From the NCBI GenBank assembly GCA_009859145.1, contig VRVR01000026.1:93397-157396 (forward strand): a DNA stretch of 64,000 nucleotides. The letters run 5' to 3'. Within the stretch, counting starts at the first letter, position 1, and the number at the start of each line of letters is the position of its first letter. Below, piece by piece: positions 46,231-57,129 of the stretch. Made by a program: the position numbers and the translations under genes. The notes beneath the pieces were generated by a model. That model had not been told where the DNA came from, made no database searches, and saw only the letters and a list, made by a program, of their open reading frames with translations. This DNA comes from Andalucia godoyi And28 (Eukaryota > Protista > Jakobida).

Positions 46231-48540
46231 ATGTCTCGGGTGTCATCTGCGTCCACGTCTCCCCTAAGCGAAACGAATCTCTCCCGGATTTCCGATTCTG
46301 ATTCCTTGTATTCATCATCTCGGATGGCGTCCAACAGCAACAACACCAACGATCCACCTGTTGACGTGGGTGGCGGCGAGGTTGTGGAAGAGGAGGAAGG
46401 AACCGATAAGCCGTCTTTGAGCGTACATGGTGGATCCAGCTCTGCCACAATGCATCCAAAGCCTTTTCATCCAAATTCAAGCACAGAGCATCATGATAAT
46501 CATAACAACAACAACAACAACAATGGTAGTAGTAGTAGCAGCAGTAGCAGCAGCAGCAGTGGTGGTGGTGGTGGTGGTAATGCAAGTAGCTTGTCGAGCT
46601 CACCGAGTATGCATTCGGGGACGGGACTCTCTCGGTACGAGCATGTTGTTCGTCGCGAGCGATATTTGAAAATTCTTCGAGATCTGGGGATTGCAAAGCC
46701 GGCGGAAAAGATGATGGACAAGCTGACGCTTCACTTTTCTCTGGATGTTCATGCTATTGATCGAGCTTTGGAAGATGTGTCTCGAGAACACAGTGAGCGA
46801 CTGTGGATTATTTCGTTTTTGCGACAGTATGTGCTCATGATCGATACACCGTGGAACTCAGATGCCGTTGCACAAGAGGACGCCGGAATGGCATCGATTG
46901 TCCGATGGTTTTCGTCGTGGATGGTCCACGAGTATGGATCCATGGTGAGGGATTTGCATGAAATCGGCTTCTTTGACTCGCTTTTTGCAATTCCGTTTCT
47001 CACGTCGTTTTCATGCTGGAAATCTTCATTTGCGTCGTTGGGAATGCATCCTTCGCACTTTTGGGCTTTGATGGACCACTTGTTTGCATCCGCGAGCCAG
47101 GCTCTGGCAAAAAGGAGCAGAATGACTAGCAGAGCGGGGACCGATCGGCCAAGGGATATGCTTTCCATTGCAAAGTTTCGTCCGGAGACGGAAGAGTCGA
47201 TCAACTTGCGATTTTCTTTGCTGCAGTTCATGGTGCATTTGTTCGTAGATCATCTTGCGCCGAAGCTCAAGAACTGCAGAGAGGTCTATGAATGCGGAAT
47301 CATCATCCAGGAGTTTTTCCAAGCGCAGAGCCCCATCTGCGTTGTTGGATTCAACATTTCTGGGAGCTCAGATAACCCTGCGTCGCCCTCCAGCGGCCCA
47401 CTGGAAACGGAGATCGTTGGGGCTTTTGCAGGTTTGACCGATATTGATTCTACCCTCTTCGAGAATTTGCTGCTGGAGTATCCGTCTATTGTTCACCAGG
47501 AATCCATCCGGCGCGATATGGCATTCTTCCTGTCGCAGTGGGATATGCCGAGTGAGATGCTGGCTCAGATCACTGCAAAGATGATGCAGGAGGCTGGCGA
47601 CGAAGGAATTGGCTACGCAATCAGTCTCGAAGATGTGACCAGGATCGTCAAGAGCATAATGTCTAGTGCGGCTCCATTGGTGCCAAAGCTGTATCGCGCG
47701 GCATTGTCCACGTCTTCCATAGTCATTCAACAGGGATCCACAACGCAGAGGACCAGGAATGATGACAGCGAAAGCACAAGTGGCCGCTCAATGTCCGCCA
47801 CCCATGCGTCATCGCCGAGCTTGCATAGCGGCAGTTCGGGGGGCGACGGTGCGTTCTCGATGCTGCAATACATTGCTCCCGCAAAGGTGGAGACGACGGC
47901 CAGTGTTCTTCGTATTCTGCTGACATTGTCGTGCTTGTGGCATCCGAGTGCCTGTTTGGAAAAGTGTTTGTACTGGGTCTCGATTCTCGACTCCAACGGA
48001 GATGGGAAGCTGGACCTGGAGGAGGTGTATGTCCTCATGAGAACCCTACATGCGTTGTATGCGAATCCTGAGCTGGCGGTTCCTGTTGCAGAGTTGGCAG
48101 ATCTTGTCGACATTTCCTGTTCTTTTTTTGCAGGTAACCCCATTGATTCCTTGGGCGTATTTACTCCACAACGCGTCCTCTTCCTTATTCTTCTGCAGAC
48201 GCCACTGTACATGATGGAGTTCCAATTCTCACAACACAAAACATCTGCCATTCTTTCCCCTGGCTACAATCCGCAAGATGATCGACTGTCGGAAATGGGA
48301 TCCACAGCGACGCTTCGAGAATCCGACTGGGTTCCCGACAAGGAGGTGTCTGGATGTGCACAGTGCGGCCGTCCGTTCACGGTGACTCGACGAAAGCACC
48401 ATTGCAGAATGTGCGGTCTCGTGTTCTGCGGCGGCTGCTCAGCGCATCGCATCAAGATGCAGTCCGCACCTGGGATGGTGCGCGTTTGCGACTTGTGCTA
48501 TGCCAAGGAAACTGGGTCGGCTGTGCAGCCAAAAGTCTAA
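46231..48540 (+). CDS. EF-hand plus C-terminal FYVE-domain protein
   Basis: [14 protein letters not shown]-hand loop; WVPD...C..C...F...[15 protein letters not shown]...RVC..C FYVE finger. Likely ATG at 46231. Confidence 0.85.
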   Translation: MSRVSSASTSPLSETNLSRISDSDSLYSSSRMASNSNNTNDPPVDVGGGEVVEEEEGTDKPSLSVHGGSSSATMHPKPFHPNSSTEHHDNHNNNNNNNGSSSSSSSSSSSGGGGGGNASSLSSSPSMHSGTGLSRYEHVVRRERYLKILRDLGIAKPAEKMMDKLTLHFSLDVHAIDRALEDVSREHSERLWIISFLRQYVLMIDTPWNSDAVAQEDAGMASIVRWFSSWMVHEYGSMVRDLHEIGFFDSLFAIPFLTSFSCWKSSFASLGMHPSHFWALMDHLFASASQALAKRSRMTSRAGTDRPRDMLSIAKFRPETEESINLRFSLLQFMVHLFVDHLAPKLKNCREVYECGIIIQEFFQAQSPICVVGFNISGSSDNPASPSSGPLETEIVGAFAGLTDIDSTLFENLLLEYPSIVHQESIRRDMAFFLSQWDMPSEMLAQITAKMMQEAGDEGIGYAISLEDVTRIVKSIMSSAAPLVPKLYRAALSTSSIVIQQGSTTQRTRNDDSESTSGRSMSATHASSPSLHSGSSGGDGAFSMLQYIAPAKVETTASVLRILLTLSCLWHPSACLEKCLYWVSILDSNGDGKLDLEEVYVLMRTLHALYANPELAVPVAELADLVDISCSFFAGNPIDSLGVFTPQRVLFLILLQTPLYMMEFQFSQHKTSAILSPGYNPQDDRLSEMGSTATLRESDWVPDKEVSGCAQCGRPFTVTRRKHHCRMCGLVFCGGCSAHRIKMQSAPGMVRVCDLCYAKETGSAVQPKV

Positions 48541-48614
48541 GTATTTTTCTGTTGTCCCGCCCACCATGCTTGTTTGTTTCTTTCAGGCTCGCTAGCACGA
48601 TACCAAACAACAGC

Positions 48615-48649
<35 letters not shown>

Positions 48650-49063
48650 AAGAAACGCAGCACCTGAAAACAACATCGCTTTTTCACGAGTTTGCCGATT
48701 CCCTGGAAAACCCGGGGCAAATTCGAGTGGCCGCGAGTGTCAGTCGTCATCGACATCCCGCAATTGCTTCTGCTCTGCGCTTCTCCGCCACCTCCTTCAT
48801 CATCGTCCTCGGATCCTTATTCTATGAAGTGAGAACGTTCGCGCCTGCATGAAACACAGTGTTAGAGAACGACGCGATGGTGGAATACGAAAAAGGAAAG
48901 ATTCCGACGGCAGCCTCGATAGGAGGTTTTCATCTGCAGCGGCTCCGCATCGTGAGCGTGAAGAGCAGAAACAAACCTACGCAAAAAAGACGGAGAAAGC
49001 AAGCCAGACTTTACAAGTTTGCATGTTTTCACAAGGGATCGTCCAACAACCCTTCGCACCACT

Positions 49064-49069
<6 letters not shown>

Positions 49070-49133
<64 letters not shown>

Positions 49134-49156
49134 ACACACACACACACACACACACA
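49070..49156. repeat. (CT)n plus (CA)n compound microsatellite
   Basis: Read directly; ends about 70 bp from the right end of element copy B. Confidence 0.95.
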
Positions 49157-49224
49157 TTTCTTTATTATTATTATTTTTAGTCCAATGCTTTCTTATATAT
49201 AAATATTATTAAGTATCACGTTTG

Positions 49225-49345
49225 CGCTTATATTATACACTGAACATGCTGCATATCTACGAACAGATATGCATATTCAATCCTTGCATCCCGTTGCCGG
49301 GAAGGAGATCGGCCACAACACGCCTCACGGCGTTCTTCAGATGGA
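49225..49345 (-). ncRNA. Putative Fanzor omega-RNA scaffold (copy B)
   Basis: Lies between the RuvC-III codons and the right end. Hairpins acgcc-GTGA-ggcgt, cccg-GCAA-cggg and tgcatatct-gttcgt-agatatgca. Boundaries and expression are inferred. Confidence 0.6.
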
Positions 49346-49673
49346 TGTTCCGCGCTCCGTTCCCAATCTCGATCAATCGGTGAGCCACCTTCTCAGCGTG
49401 ACACGTTGTTCCTGAGAAGGGTGCATTTTTTTGATTCTGACGGCCCTAGCAGCAGGCGCTTTCGTGTCCTCAGTTGCAGCGATTGATGCACCTGGAGATA
49501 CGAGATCGTGTCTTGGAAGTTCGCCTCTTGGCAGTGCGCTGAACGGATGATAGATGGCTACGCGTAAGCACGAATTCCTGTGTCACAGCAACGTGCTAGT
49601 GCCGGCCAGTATTGACCGTGTCTGTTCATGTGTACTTCCGTACGCATGACAATAACGTGTTTTTATTCAACGG
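49225..49673 (-). mobile_element. IS607/Fanzor-derived element, family 1, copy B (least-deleted 3' region)
   Basis: Matches copies A and C plus an extra 86 nt (49283-49368) encoding W/NGARNIHLK after IDRD (one extra G) and two GNRA-capped hairpins. Confidence 0.92.
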
Positions 49674-49853
49674 CTCGCTGGGGGAGGGCTGAGTGCAGCA
49701 GCCTAGCACGAGAGCTGGAGGAAACGATAGTTTTTTCGCCGTATTGTTCTTGTACAATAATATACTACATACACACCAATAAACAAAGAGGAAACCAAAG
49801 AAACCACCTCTCTCACTCGCTTTGCCACACAAAAAGTACTGCAGAAGGAAAAT

Positions 49854-52613
49854 TTAATGAGAATGCTTCCAGATATGAATGTAAAAGTTGAACTGCGTTG
49901 CCTTGGAGTGAAGAGACTCTCGAATCAACTTTTTGAAGTAATCAGAAGCTTGACGTTCCGTGGCACCGATTTGCAATGCCTCCCGTAGGTACTCGATATC
50001 GTCCTTCGACTGCAATTCAGGTAGTCCCGTGGACAACATAAGAATGAACAAAATCAAGAAAAGATCTGAATATTTTCGCAGAACGTTGTAGGATTCGCAG
50101 CAAAGATCGACAAAATCATTGTAACTGGTTGATCCTTCACCGCCCATAACGTAGGCCATATCTGGAGTGAACACGAATGGAGCACGCTCACGCTTGAAGC
50201 CAAACTTGTACTTGACGTTTCCTAGGAAATGTCCAAAATCGATGTGAAAGAGTTTGCCGCTGCGCTGCATCATGATGTTATCATTATGCCGGTCACCGAT
50301 GCCAAGAACATACGTACCGACACAGTAGGCAGCACACGAGGAAGCAAAGTACTGGACGGCGCGACAGTACGAATCAAAGGTCGGATTCGCTTTGCGGAGC
50401 CATTTCTCAAATGTGGTCTTGTCGTAGGCTCCCTTTGCGCCACCGCCAATCGAACTGGTGATGTTGGCACATGTATCGGAATCCAAAACCACCTCGATGA
50501 ACCCAATTTGGTCCCCAGTAGCAACACATCCGTACGGCAACATGCGCATATCGAGACCATGGGACTTCCACAGTCGATCCATGATCCGGAACATCTGAAG
50601 CGTCAGCAAGTCCTGGCGCAAGTCATCACCGGACTTGAAGATTACGACGTACGGTTCGCCGCCAATATCATTTGCACGCTCAAAAACCAACCAAAGAGGA
50701 ACCTTCTTCGAGTCCATGGTTTTGCACTTTGGGATCCTCAGGCCGCAGATCTCGATGTCCGGGCTCAGGGGAATCTTCATGCGAGGAGGAAACTTGAGTT
50801 TGGCAAGTTCCTCGTGCAGCACGCTTTTGCGATCCTTGAGCGGAAAGTCCTTGACAAGCTCTGCAATGCGAACCAGATCTTTCACTAGGCTCTCCTGATT
50901 CGCAAACTCCTTGAGAAGATCTTCCGAGCACTGACACAGGAAGTTGTCCAGGATCTTTTGGTAGCGGACAAGCATCGACTCGCCTTCGTGGATTTGCGAC
51001 TTTAGGAACCAAAAGAAGTACTGACCAAGACGCAAATCTTCGGAAGCACGCCTGACAAAAAACCGAGCCAACGCCGACTCGAAATGGGGTTCAAACTTCA
51101 GAATCTGTGTCAACTGCGGCAAAAAGTCGACGAGTTCTGGGTTTGAAAAGGCGTCAAGGCGATCCACGGCAAGTGCTCGAATTTGAGGATTGACGTACTT
51201 GAAATCCATCAGCGCAAGAGCAGTGACGGGAGCGCCTTGGGGCCACGCATGAAGCAATCTATACGCCTCCTGAATTTGAAACTGTGAACTGAAGTCGACT
51301 GCGATGAGAAACTTTGGTAGTGCTTTTGGTGCGTGCCGAGCAATGTAATACCGATTTTCCCACAATAACTTCCGGTCTTCTATCGTCAGTTCATACAGCG
51401 GATCTCTCGCGACGAGTACATCAATATCCGCACGCACATGTCGGAGAGGCAGCTTTGACCTCACGGCAATGTTCTCCGGTCGATAAAGCGGGTTGTTGGA
51501 CACAAACATTCCACGGATATACGGGTCCATCTGATCATGCACTCTCATAAGAAGCATTCGTTCGTACTCGTCAAACGAGCTCAGATCCGTACCCGAGGTC
51601 TCAATCACCTTCCCTGTCTTTGCGTCTCTAAACATCTGCAAGACGTGCGAAGGATCGAGTGCGCGTCCGTTGCTCATCAACATCTGCACAAACAACAATC
51701 TCAAGTGCATCGTGAACAGCACTGGCTTGGCAGGCGACGACTCCTGAAACACTATTTCGCCAAACACGGGTTGCGGTGGGGTGAACCGAACAATCGCTTC
51801 TCGAAATTCCAGATCGGTGCAGTACAACTGAATGACAAAAATGAGCGCACACGGGATCTTTGGCTTTGGATTCATCAAGCCGCATCGCGGAACAAGCCTT
51901 GTAACCCTTGTGTTCTTTTGCAGGGCTTTCCACGGCTGAAAGGCAAAGAGTGCTTGCACAGAACCGAGATATGCGAGATACTGCCTGGCTTCCATTGAAT
52001 TATTAAAAATTGGGAGTCTTCTGCACTCATCCAACAAGAATCTCTTTCGCGGCTCTGCCAACAAAATAGTTTGCAGTGCCGTAAGAACTGCGATTGGATG
52101 CGAATCAAGTGGCAAATCAAGTTTCCGCATTGCCGCGATATACGGAACGACTGAAACAAGCGCCCTCCATCGTCCAATCGGCGAGTTTGTAGCATGCAAT
52201 CCATCCAGCGTATGGTCCTTTTCCGCGCTTTCCACGCCTGAATTGCTCGTGCCTGATGCTACAAACGACGAATTGATGGAACCATTGTTCAGCAGGATCG
52301 ATTGTCGTCGAAAGGACGCATTCAAACCGCCATTGCCGTTGCTGTTGCCAAAACCGCTTCCATTGATGCTGCTGCTGCTATTGTTTGCATATCCGGGGCT
52401 CGATGTGCCAGACTGGTGCGGCGAAAATGCCGAAAATGAACTATGATGAGGAAACGAGGCATTTGGACTCGAACTCGCGGCTCGTGGCGAAGTTGCGGTG
52501 AAGGAATTTGAAGAAGAAGAAGAAGGTGATTTTGGAGAAGATATGAACGACGACGACGAGTTCCATGACGACGCGCTCGACTGTGGAAACCGCTCAGATC
52601 TAGGACGCTGCAT
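49854..52613 (-). CDS. Phosphatidylinositol 3-kinase catalytic subunit (class I-like)
   Basis: PIK helical domain (ALPKFL...LDAF...LTQILKFE), MDSKKVPLWL, FKSGDDLRQD, LGIGDRHNDN, HIDFGHFLG, RERAPFV. Confidence 0.93.
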   Translation of the reverse strand: MQRPRSERFPQSSASSWNSSSSFISSPKSPSSSSSNSFTATSPRAASSSPNASFPHHSSFSAFSPHQSGTSSPGYANNSSSSINGSGFGNSNGNGGLNASFRRQSILLNNGSINSSFVASGTSNSGVESAEKDHTLDGLHATNSPIGRWRALVSVVPYIAAMRKLDLPLDSHPIAVLTALQTILLAEPRKRFLLDECRRLPIFNNSMEARQYLAYLGSVQALFAFQPWKALQKNTRVTRLVPRCGLMNPKPKIPCALIFVIQLYCTDLEFREAIVRFTPPQPVFGEIVFQESSPAKPVLFTMHLRLLFVQMLMSNGRALDPSHVLQMFRDAKTGKVIETSGTDLSSFDEYERMLLMRVHDQMDPYIRGMFVSNNPLYRPENIAVRSKLPLRHVRADIDVLVARDPLYELTIEDRKLLWENRYYIARHAPKALPKFLIAVDFSSQFQIQEAYRLLHAWPQGAPVTALALMDFKYVNPQIRALAVDRLDAFSNPELVDFLPQLTQILKFEPHFESALARFFVRRASEDLRLGQYFFWFLKSQIHEGESMLVRYQKILDNFLCQCSEDLLKEFANQESLVKDLVRIAELVKDFPLKDRKSVLHEELAKLKFPPRMKIPLSPDIEICGLRIPKCKTMDSKKVPLWLVFERANDIGGEPYVVIFKSGDDLRQDLLTLQMFRIMDRLWKSHGLDMRMLPYGCVATGDQIGFIEVVLDSDTCANITSSIGGGAKGAYDKTTFEKWLRKANPTFDSYCRAVQYFASSCAAYCVGTYVLGIGDRHNDNIMMQRSGKLFHIDFGHFLGNVKYKFGFKRERAPFVFTPDMAYVMGGEGSTSYNDFVDLCCESYNVLRKYSDLFLILFILMLSTGLPELQSKDDIEYLREALQIGATERQASDYFKKLIRESLHSKATQFNFYIHIWKHSH

Positions 52614-52953
52614 GCATTAGGTGAGCCGCACAAACAAAACACTAAGACAAAGACAAAGACAAAGACAAAGATAAAGATAAAGACGAAGACAAAGAAAGAA
52701 AACCACAAAGAAAACAACCAAACGACGATTACGACTACGACTACGACTACGACTACGAGGCGAAGGATGCAAAAAGGAGGGGAGGAAAGAAGGACGGAAA
52801 CGCGACGCTGACTTGATGAAAATATATGGATGGATGTATATATGGATGAAAACGCAAACACACACAAGCGTAACAAGAATAACAGGCTGAAAAGGAGAAG
52901 AAGGAAGAAGAAGAAGGGAAGAATGAGGAGAAAAGAGAGGGAGAGACACAGGA

Positions 52954-52995
<42 letters not shown>

Positions 52996-53339
52996 GAGAG
53001 AGAGAGAGAAGAAAAGAAAAGGGGAAAAAAATACGAAAGGATGCAAAGATGGCAATCAAAAGTGTTTGAGGAAAGAAAGAATGGGAACGTTCGGAGTTCG
53101 GGCGTTCTCAGCGCCACCACGCAAAACAGAATATTCAGAATTGACATGTGTGGGTGAGAGAGACTGAGAGAGTGCTTTCGGAGATCAGAAAGAAAGGGAA
53201 AAGACCCCTCTTCTAGGTCAGGAGGCAACTACGGTACGTTCATACATAGTCTGAGAATTATTATTATTATTTATTACTAATTTACGGGTATCAATCATAC
53301 TGTATCTTCTGGAAGGAGGTGGTTTGAGCGGCTTGTGGT

Positions 53340-53816
53340 TCACGGTATGATTCGTTTCGGAAACGACACGATGATTTGTTGGGAATTGGTGAGTTTTCCT
53401 GTTTTCTCGTCAACTTCAATGCCTTCTTCCTGGAGCATTTTAATTTTTCTGCGCACCTGACCGTTCGACACCGCAAATTTGTTTCCAAAAAATCCGCCAA
53501 CAGACAGATCAGATGCGACGACTCTGTGGCATGGAACCACTGGTGCATACGGATTTCTTCGCATTGCCTGGCCGATCGCCCGCGCAGATCCCCCTACGAG
53601 TGATGCCAGTGCTTTGTACGTCGTCACCTTTCCAGCCGGCACAGACGTCCTGAGCGCCACATACACTCTATCCTGAAACTCGGTTACAGACGTTTTCTTC
53701 TTGTTCATTAATTGATCTTCTTCACCACCATCATCGTTGTTGTCGTTCTTGTTGGTCGTGGTGGTTGTCGTGATGTCGTGATCACAGGCAACAGTCTCGA
53801 GTGCCACCCTACCCAT
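53340..53816 (-). CDS. MGMT: O6-methylguanine-DNA methyltransferase (C-terminal domain only)
   Basis: FQDRVY...VPAGKVTTY..LA....ARAIGQAM..NP...VPCHRVV with the active-site Cys. Start at ATG 53816 or 53708. Confidence 0.88.
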   Translation of the reverse strand: MGRVALETVACDHDITTTTTTNKNDNNDDGGEEDQLMNKKKTSVTEFQDRVYVALRTSVPAGKVTTYKALASLVGGSARAIGQAMRRNPYAPVVPCHRVVASDLSVGGFFGNKFAVSNGQVRRKIKMLQEEGIEVDEKTGKLTNSQQIIVSFPKRIIP

Positions 53817-54166
53817 CGCCCGTTCTTTCTTGGTTCTTGACTGACCCTCTTGTGGTAAGTACTCGCTGATATGACGTAAGATGCTTTTTCGGGGGGTCTG
53901 AAAAACATGACAAACAGCCGCTGCGTGAAGAAGCACAAAGAAAAGTGGCGTGAAGCAGAAGGAACAGCGGACACGTGCTTTTGCATTTTTTGCTTCGACA
54001 GACTCACCTTTAACAAAAGAGTCGTCGAGATTTGCCATTTTGGGAAGCATCAAGAAACGCACCTTTGAAGCAAACTGCTGTAGAAGCGGAGTTTGCAAGG
54101 GGTAATTTAAAAAAATCGGAGCAACGGAGATGTCGGATCATGAGTGAGAGACGGACTTCACACAAC

Positions 54167-54198
<32 letters not shown>

Positions 54199-54355
54199 GG
54201 TATACACACGGTACACGACGGACGACAGATAGAGAGCTGAGAGAGCCGACAGCCAAAGGATTTTCTCGTTGTTGGTGTGCTTGCTGCTGTTGACGTGGAG
54301 AGAAGAAGAAGAAGTGGTGAAGTTGGAGAGAAGGAGTTGGTGGATAGGGGGAGAA

Positions 54356-55504
54356 ATGGGTTGGGATCTCTCGACGAGTTCAGAGTGTGTTTCGGAGCTG
54401 GTTATAGCAGCAACGGCGATTCCCGTGTTTCTTTTTTCTTCATTGTATGCACTGGTCATGACGATTAAGCTTGGGAAAAGATGGTGGAGGCTGCGATCGC
54501 TTGTTTACTTTTGGACGATTCTATCGTCGTTCCAGATCTTTCTGGTTTCCACGCTCATGTGCACCATTCCTGATGAAAAGGGAAACCCGGCTGCACACGA
54601 TGGAAAGGACATGGGACCAATTGCAGCATTTACTATTCTCCTGCAGAACATATCTCGAAGCTGTGTTTCCGAGTGCTTTCTCAGTGTCTTTTTCTACTGG
54701 CTGCAACTCCACGTCAAGACGTACGACTCCACAACGCACGTTTGGTCTTCTGGGCGGGCGCTGAACTATGCGCATGTTTCGTGCGCACTTGTGTTTATCT
54801 TTATTCCTAATGTTGTCATTGCGTGCTTGTGCATTGCTGGCAAAATCACATTCATCGTCAATCTGCTTTTTTCTGCATACTTCCACATCTTGTTTTCATT
54901 TGCATTGCTGGTGGCCGTGCTCTTTTTTGGGTATCGGCTGGAACGAGAAGTCAAAGTTGCGTCGAAGATGTTCCGGATGCGTGGAGATGCTCGCACTGCG
55001 CAGGCTGGAAAAGCAGTGCAAAAGGTCCGTGGAATCACCATTGTCTTGTCAATGGTTACTGTCATGTTTGCGGTGCTGTACATCGTGCAGTCCGACAAGG
55101 AAAACCTTTCCAATTCCGAGAAGAACGGCCTGCTGCTGTTCGAGTTCTGCGGACTGACGCTCATGTCTCTGACTGCGCTGTGCATCCTGTTCTTTGAGAA
55201 CCCCAATCGAAAAAGGCCTCAGTCGCCTGGAGCAAGAAAGCATTCAAGGATGTCGGATCTTGCGCGGGCGCTCATCTCGGAAGCCGAGGTGGAACCTGAA
55301 GGAAGCAGCACCTCGTCTTCCGAACTTATTCCTCACCATTCTCCGTCATCGTCATCGGATCCCGTCCCCGTGCCCCCTTTTAATGCTGGTCCATACCACA
55401 GCACCGGCATGGTCATGGACTCCGGGATTGGCGCCGGTGCTGGTGCTGGTGCTGGTGCTGGTGTTGGGTACTCATCCGGAGCGTCATTTGTGTCGCCTGC
55501 TTGA
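54356..55504 (+). CDS. Seven-TM membrane protein (THH1/TOM1/GPR137-like)
   Basis: About seven hydrophobic helices, FFYWLQL motif, Ser/Pro-rich cytosolic tail. Family assignment tentative. Confidence 0.6.
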   Translation: MGWDLSTSSECVSELVIAATAIPVFLFSSLYALVMTIKLGKRWWRLRSLVYFWTILSSFQIFLVSTLMCTIPDEKGNPAAHDGKDMGPIAAFTILLQNISRSCVSECFLSVFFYWLQLHVKTYDSTTHVWSSGRALNYAHVSCALVFIFIPNVVIACLCIAGKITFIVNLLFSAYFHILFSFALLVAVLFFGYRLEREVKVASKMFRMRGDARTAQAGKAVQKVRGITIVLSMVTVMFAVLYIVQSDKENLSNSEKNGLLLFEFCGLTLMSLTALCILFFENPNRKRPQSPGARKHSRMSDLARALISEAEVEPEGSSTSSSELIPHHSPSSSSDPVPVPPFNAGPYHSTGMVMDSGIGAGAGAGAGAGVGYSSGASFVSPA

Positions 55505-55628
55505 AGGGGAAAAACCTGTTGACTGTATTCTAGAATGATGTTTGCCTTGTCAATAATGTACATAATATATAGGAATGCATGCAGTGTTTTCGACGTTTGT
55601 AAGACTGGCGTGCAGGTGGCATCAGTGA

Positions 55629-56660
55629 TCAGAGAGCAGACGCGGAATCGGGGGACAAGGCAGAAGGAATTGGAGGCATGTCCTTTCGAGACTGGGCTGC
55701 GATTGGCTTGTTGTTTCCCCAGTATCTACAGATGAAGACGACAACTCGCGGTTCGCTATTTGCCGGTGTTTCGACACGGAACTCAAAGTTGACTGCATCG
55801 TACCACAGCCAGTGATCTTTTGCTTGCTTGACGGTCCGTTTCCGCACTCCACGGATTTCGGTTGCGAGTGTCTGCCTGACTGCGACCATCAGCTCTTCGG
55901 CGGTCGGATGAAATAAAAGCAGTCCCTTTTGCTCATAGCTCTTCAGCTCTGCAACAACATGGTCTTCAAACAGGACTGTTTCATACCGCTCGTGTGGTTC
56001 CTCTAACCAGTCTGGAAACTGGTAGCCCCCTGGTCCCGCCAGCTCTTTCATTCGATCTCCTCCTAGCTCTCTCTCCCCCTCTTCCTCTTCCTCTTCCTCT
56101 TCCTCTTCCTCTTCCTTCTCCTTCTTATCCTCCTCTTCACATTCAGAATCGACAGCAGGATGTGGTGGAGAGTGCGGAGCACAGCCCAGCACTCGATGGA
56201 GAACCAAGTCCTGCGGGTGGTACGGCTTGACATCGAGGATCGGAGTCATATCGACAAGATCAAGTCCGCTGAGATGCAACGTACCATTTTCCAAGTCGAC
56301 CATTTCGATTTTTGCAACAGACAGGCCGATCGGCGATGGTCGATGTGGCGTTCTTGTTGAGAAGAGCCCAACGGCCTTTCCGGCCAACCGCGGTGGCTTG
56401 ACTTTTGCTCTTACGTTAACGTCCATTCTTCTCGATTCGTTTCTGTTCTGGTCAAATATCCACAAAAGCCATACATGCGAGTACTCTGCAAGTCCATCTA
56501 GAGATGCCGACGGATTCCAGCGCGCATCAAACTGCAGAAACCCACGAGACGCCGGAACTAAGCCTGACTGACGCGGCGTTCCATTCGGTTCGCGAAACGG
56601 AGACCGAATAAACCCCACGGCCTCTGCCGCGTACATTGGATACGAATCACCTACGTTCAT
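55629..56660 (-). CDS. TRMO: tRNA (N6-threonylcarbamoyladenosine-37) N6-methyltransferase TrmO/TsaA
   Basis: GFIRSPF....GTPRQ, L.GL.EYSHVWLLW.F, GLFSTRTPHRPSPIGLS, SGLDLVDMTPILDVKPY; Glu-rich insert. ATG at 56660. Confidence 0.93.
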   Translation of the reverse strand: MNVGDSYPMYAAEAVGFIRSPFREPNGTPRQSGLVPASRGFLQFDARWNPSASLDGLAEYSHVWLLWIFDQNRNESRRMDVNVRAKVKPPRLAGKAVGLFSTRTPHRPSPIGLSVAKIEMVDLENGTLHLSGLDLVDMTPILDVKPYHPQDLVLHRVLGCAPHSPPHPAVDSECEEEDKKEKEEEEEEEEEEEEGERELGGDRMKELAGPGGYQFPDWLEEPHERYETVLFEDHVVAELKSYEQKGLLLFHPTAEELMVAVRQTLATEIRGVRKRTVKQAKDHWLWYDAVNFEFRVETPANSEPRVVVFICRYWGNNKPIAAQSRKDMPPIPSALSPDSASAL

Positions 56661-57129
56661 ATCCAACACCACCTCCAATAATCAACAACCAATAAAACAA
56701 TAACCAACAACCAATAAACAATAACCAATAAAACGCCCTCATCAATCATTTCTTTCTCTTCTGTAGTGCTTCACTCTCTTCTTTTCATTCTCAACATCGC
56801 CTCCGCCGGACTTTTCATCCTCTGAGTCATGTCACTTTTGTCAGTGTGTCAGTGTGTCAGTGTGTCATTGGTGGGAGGGAACACCGGTCGAAGCTTGAGG
56901 CGCGGCTTTTTGCGCTCATCTCTGCACCAAAAGCCAAATAGAGCGAATTCCGCACACTTGCTTTGTTTATTTATTTAATTCTATTTGATATTTCACATTC
57001 TTTTGTTTTGTTTTGTTTTGTTTTGAGGGGGGTTGATCTTTCCTTGTATATCACTGTTTTCCTTCTTATTGTTATTTTTTGTGTTATTTTGCTGTCGCTG
57101 CTGCATTTGAGGAAGGAGGAAATAGAATC

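Noticed and set aside
52322-53228. ORFs rich in SL, VF or TH repeats (also 19759-20132 and 48849-49212)
   Set aside because: Produced by (GA)n, (GT)n and hexamer microsatellites in intergenic DNA.
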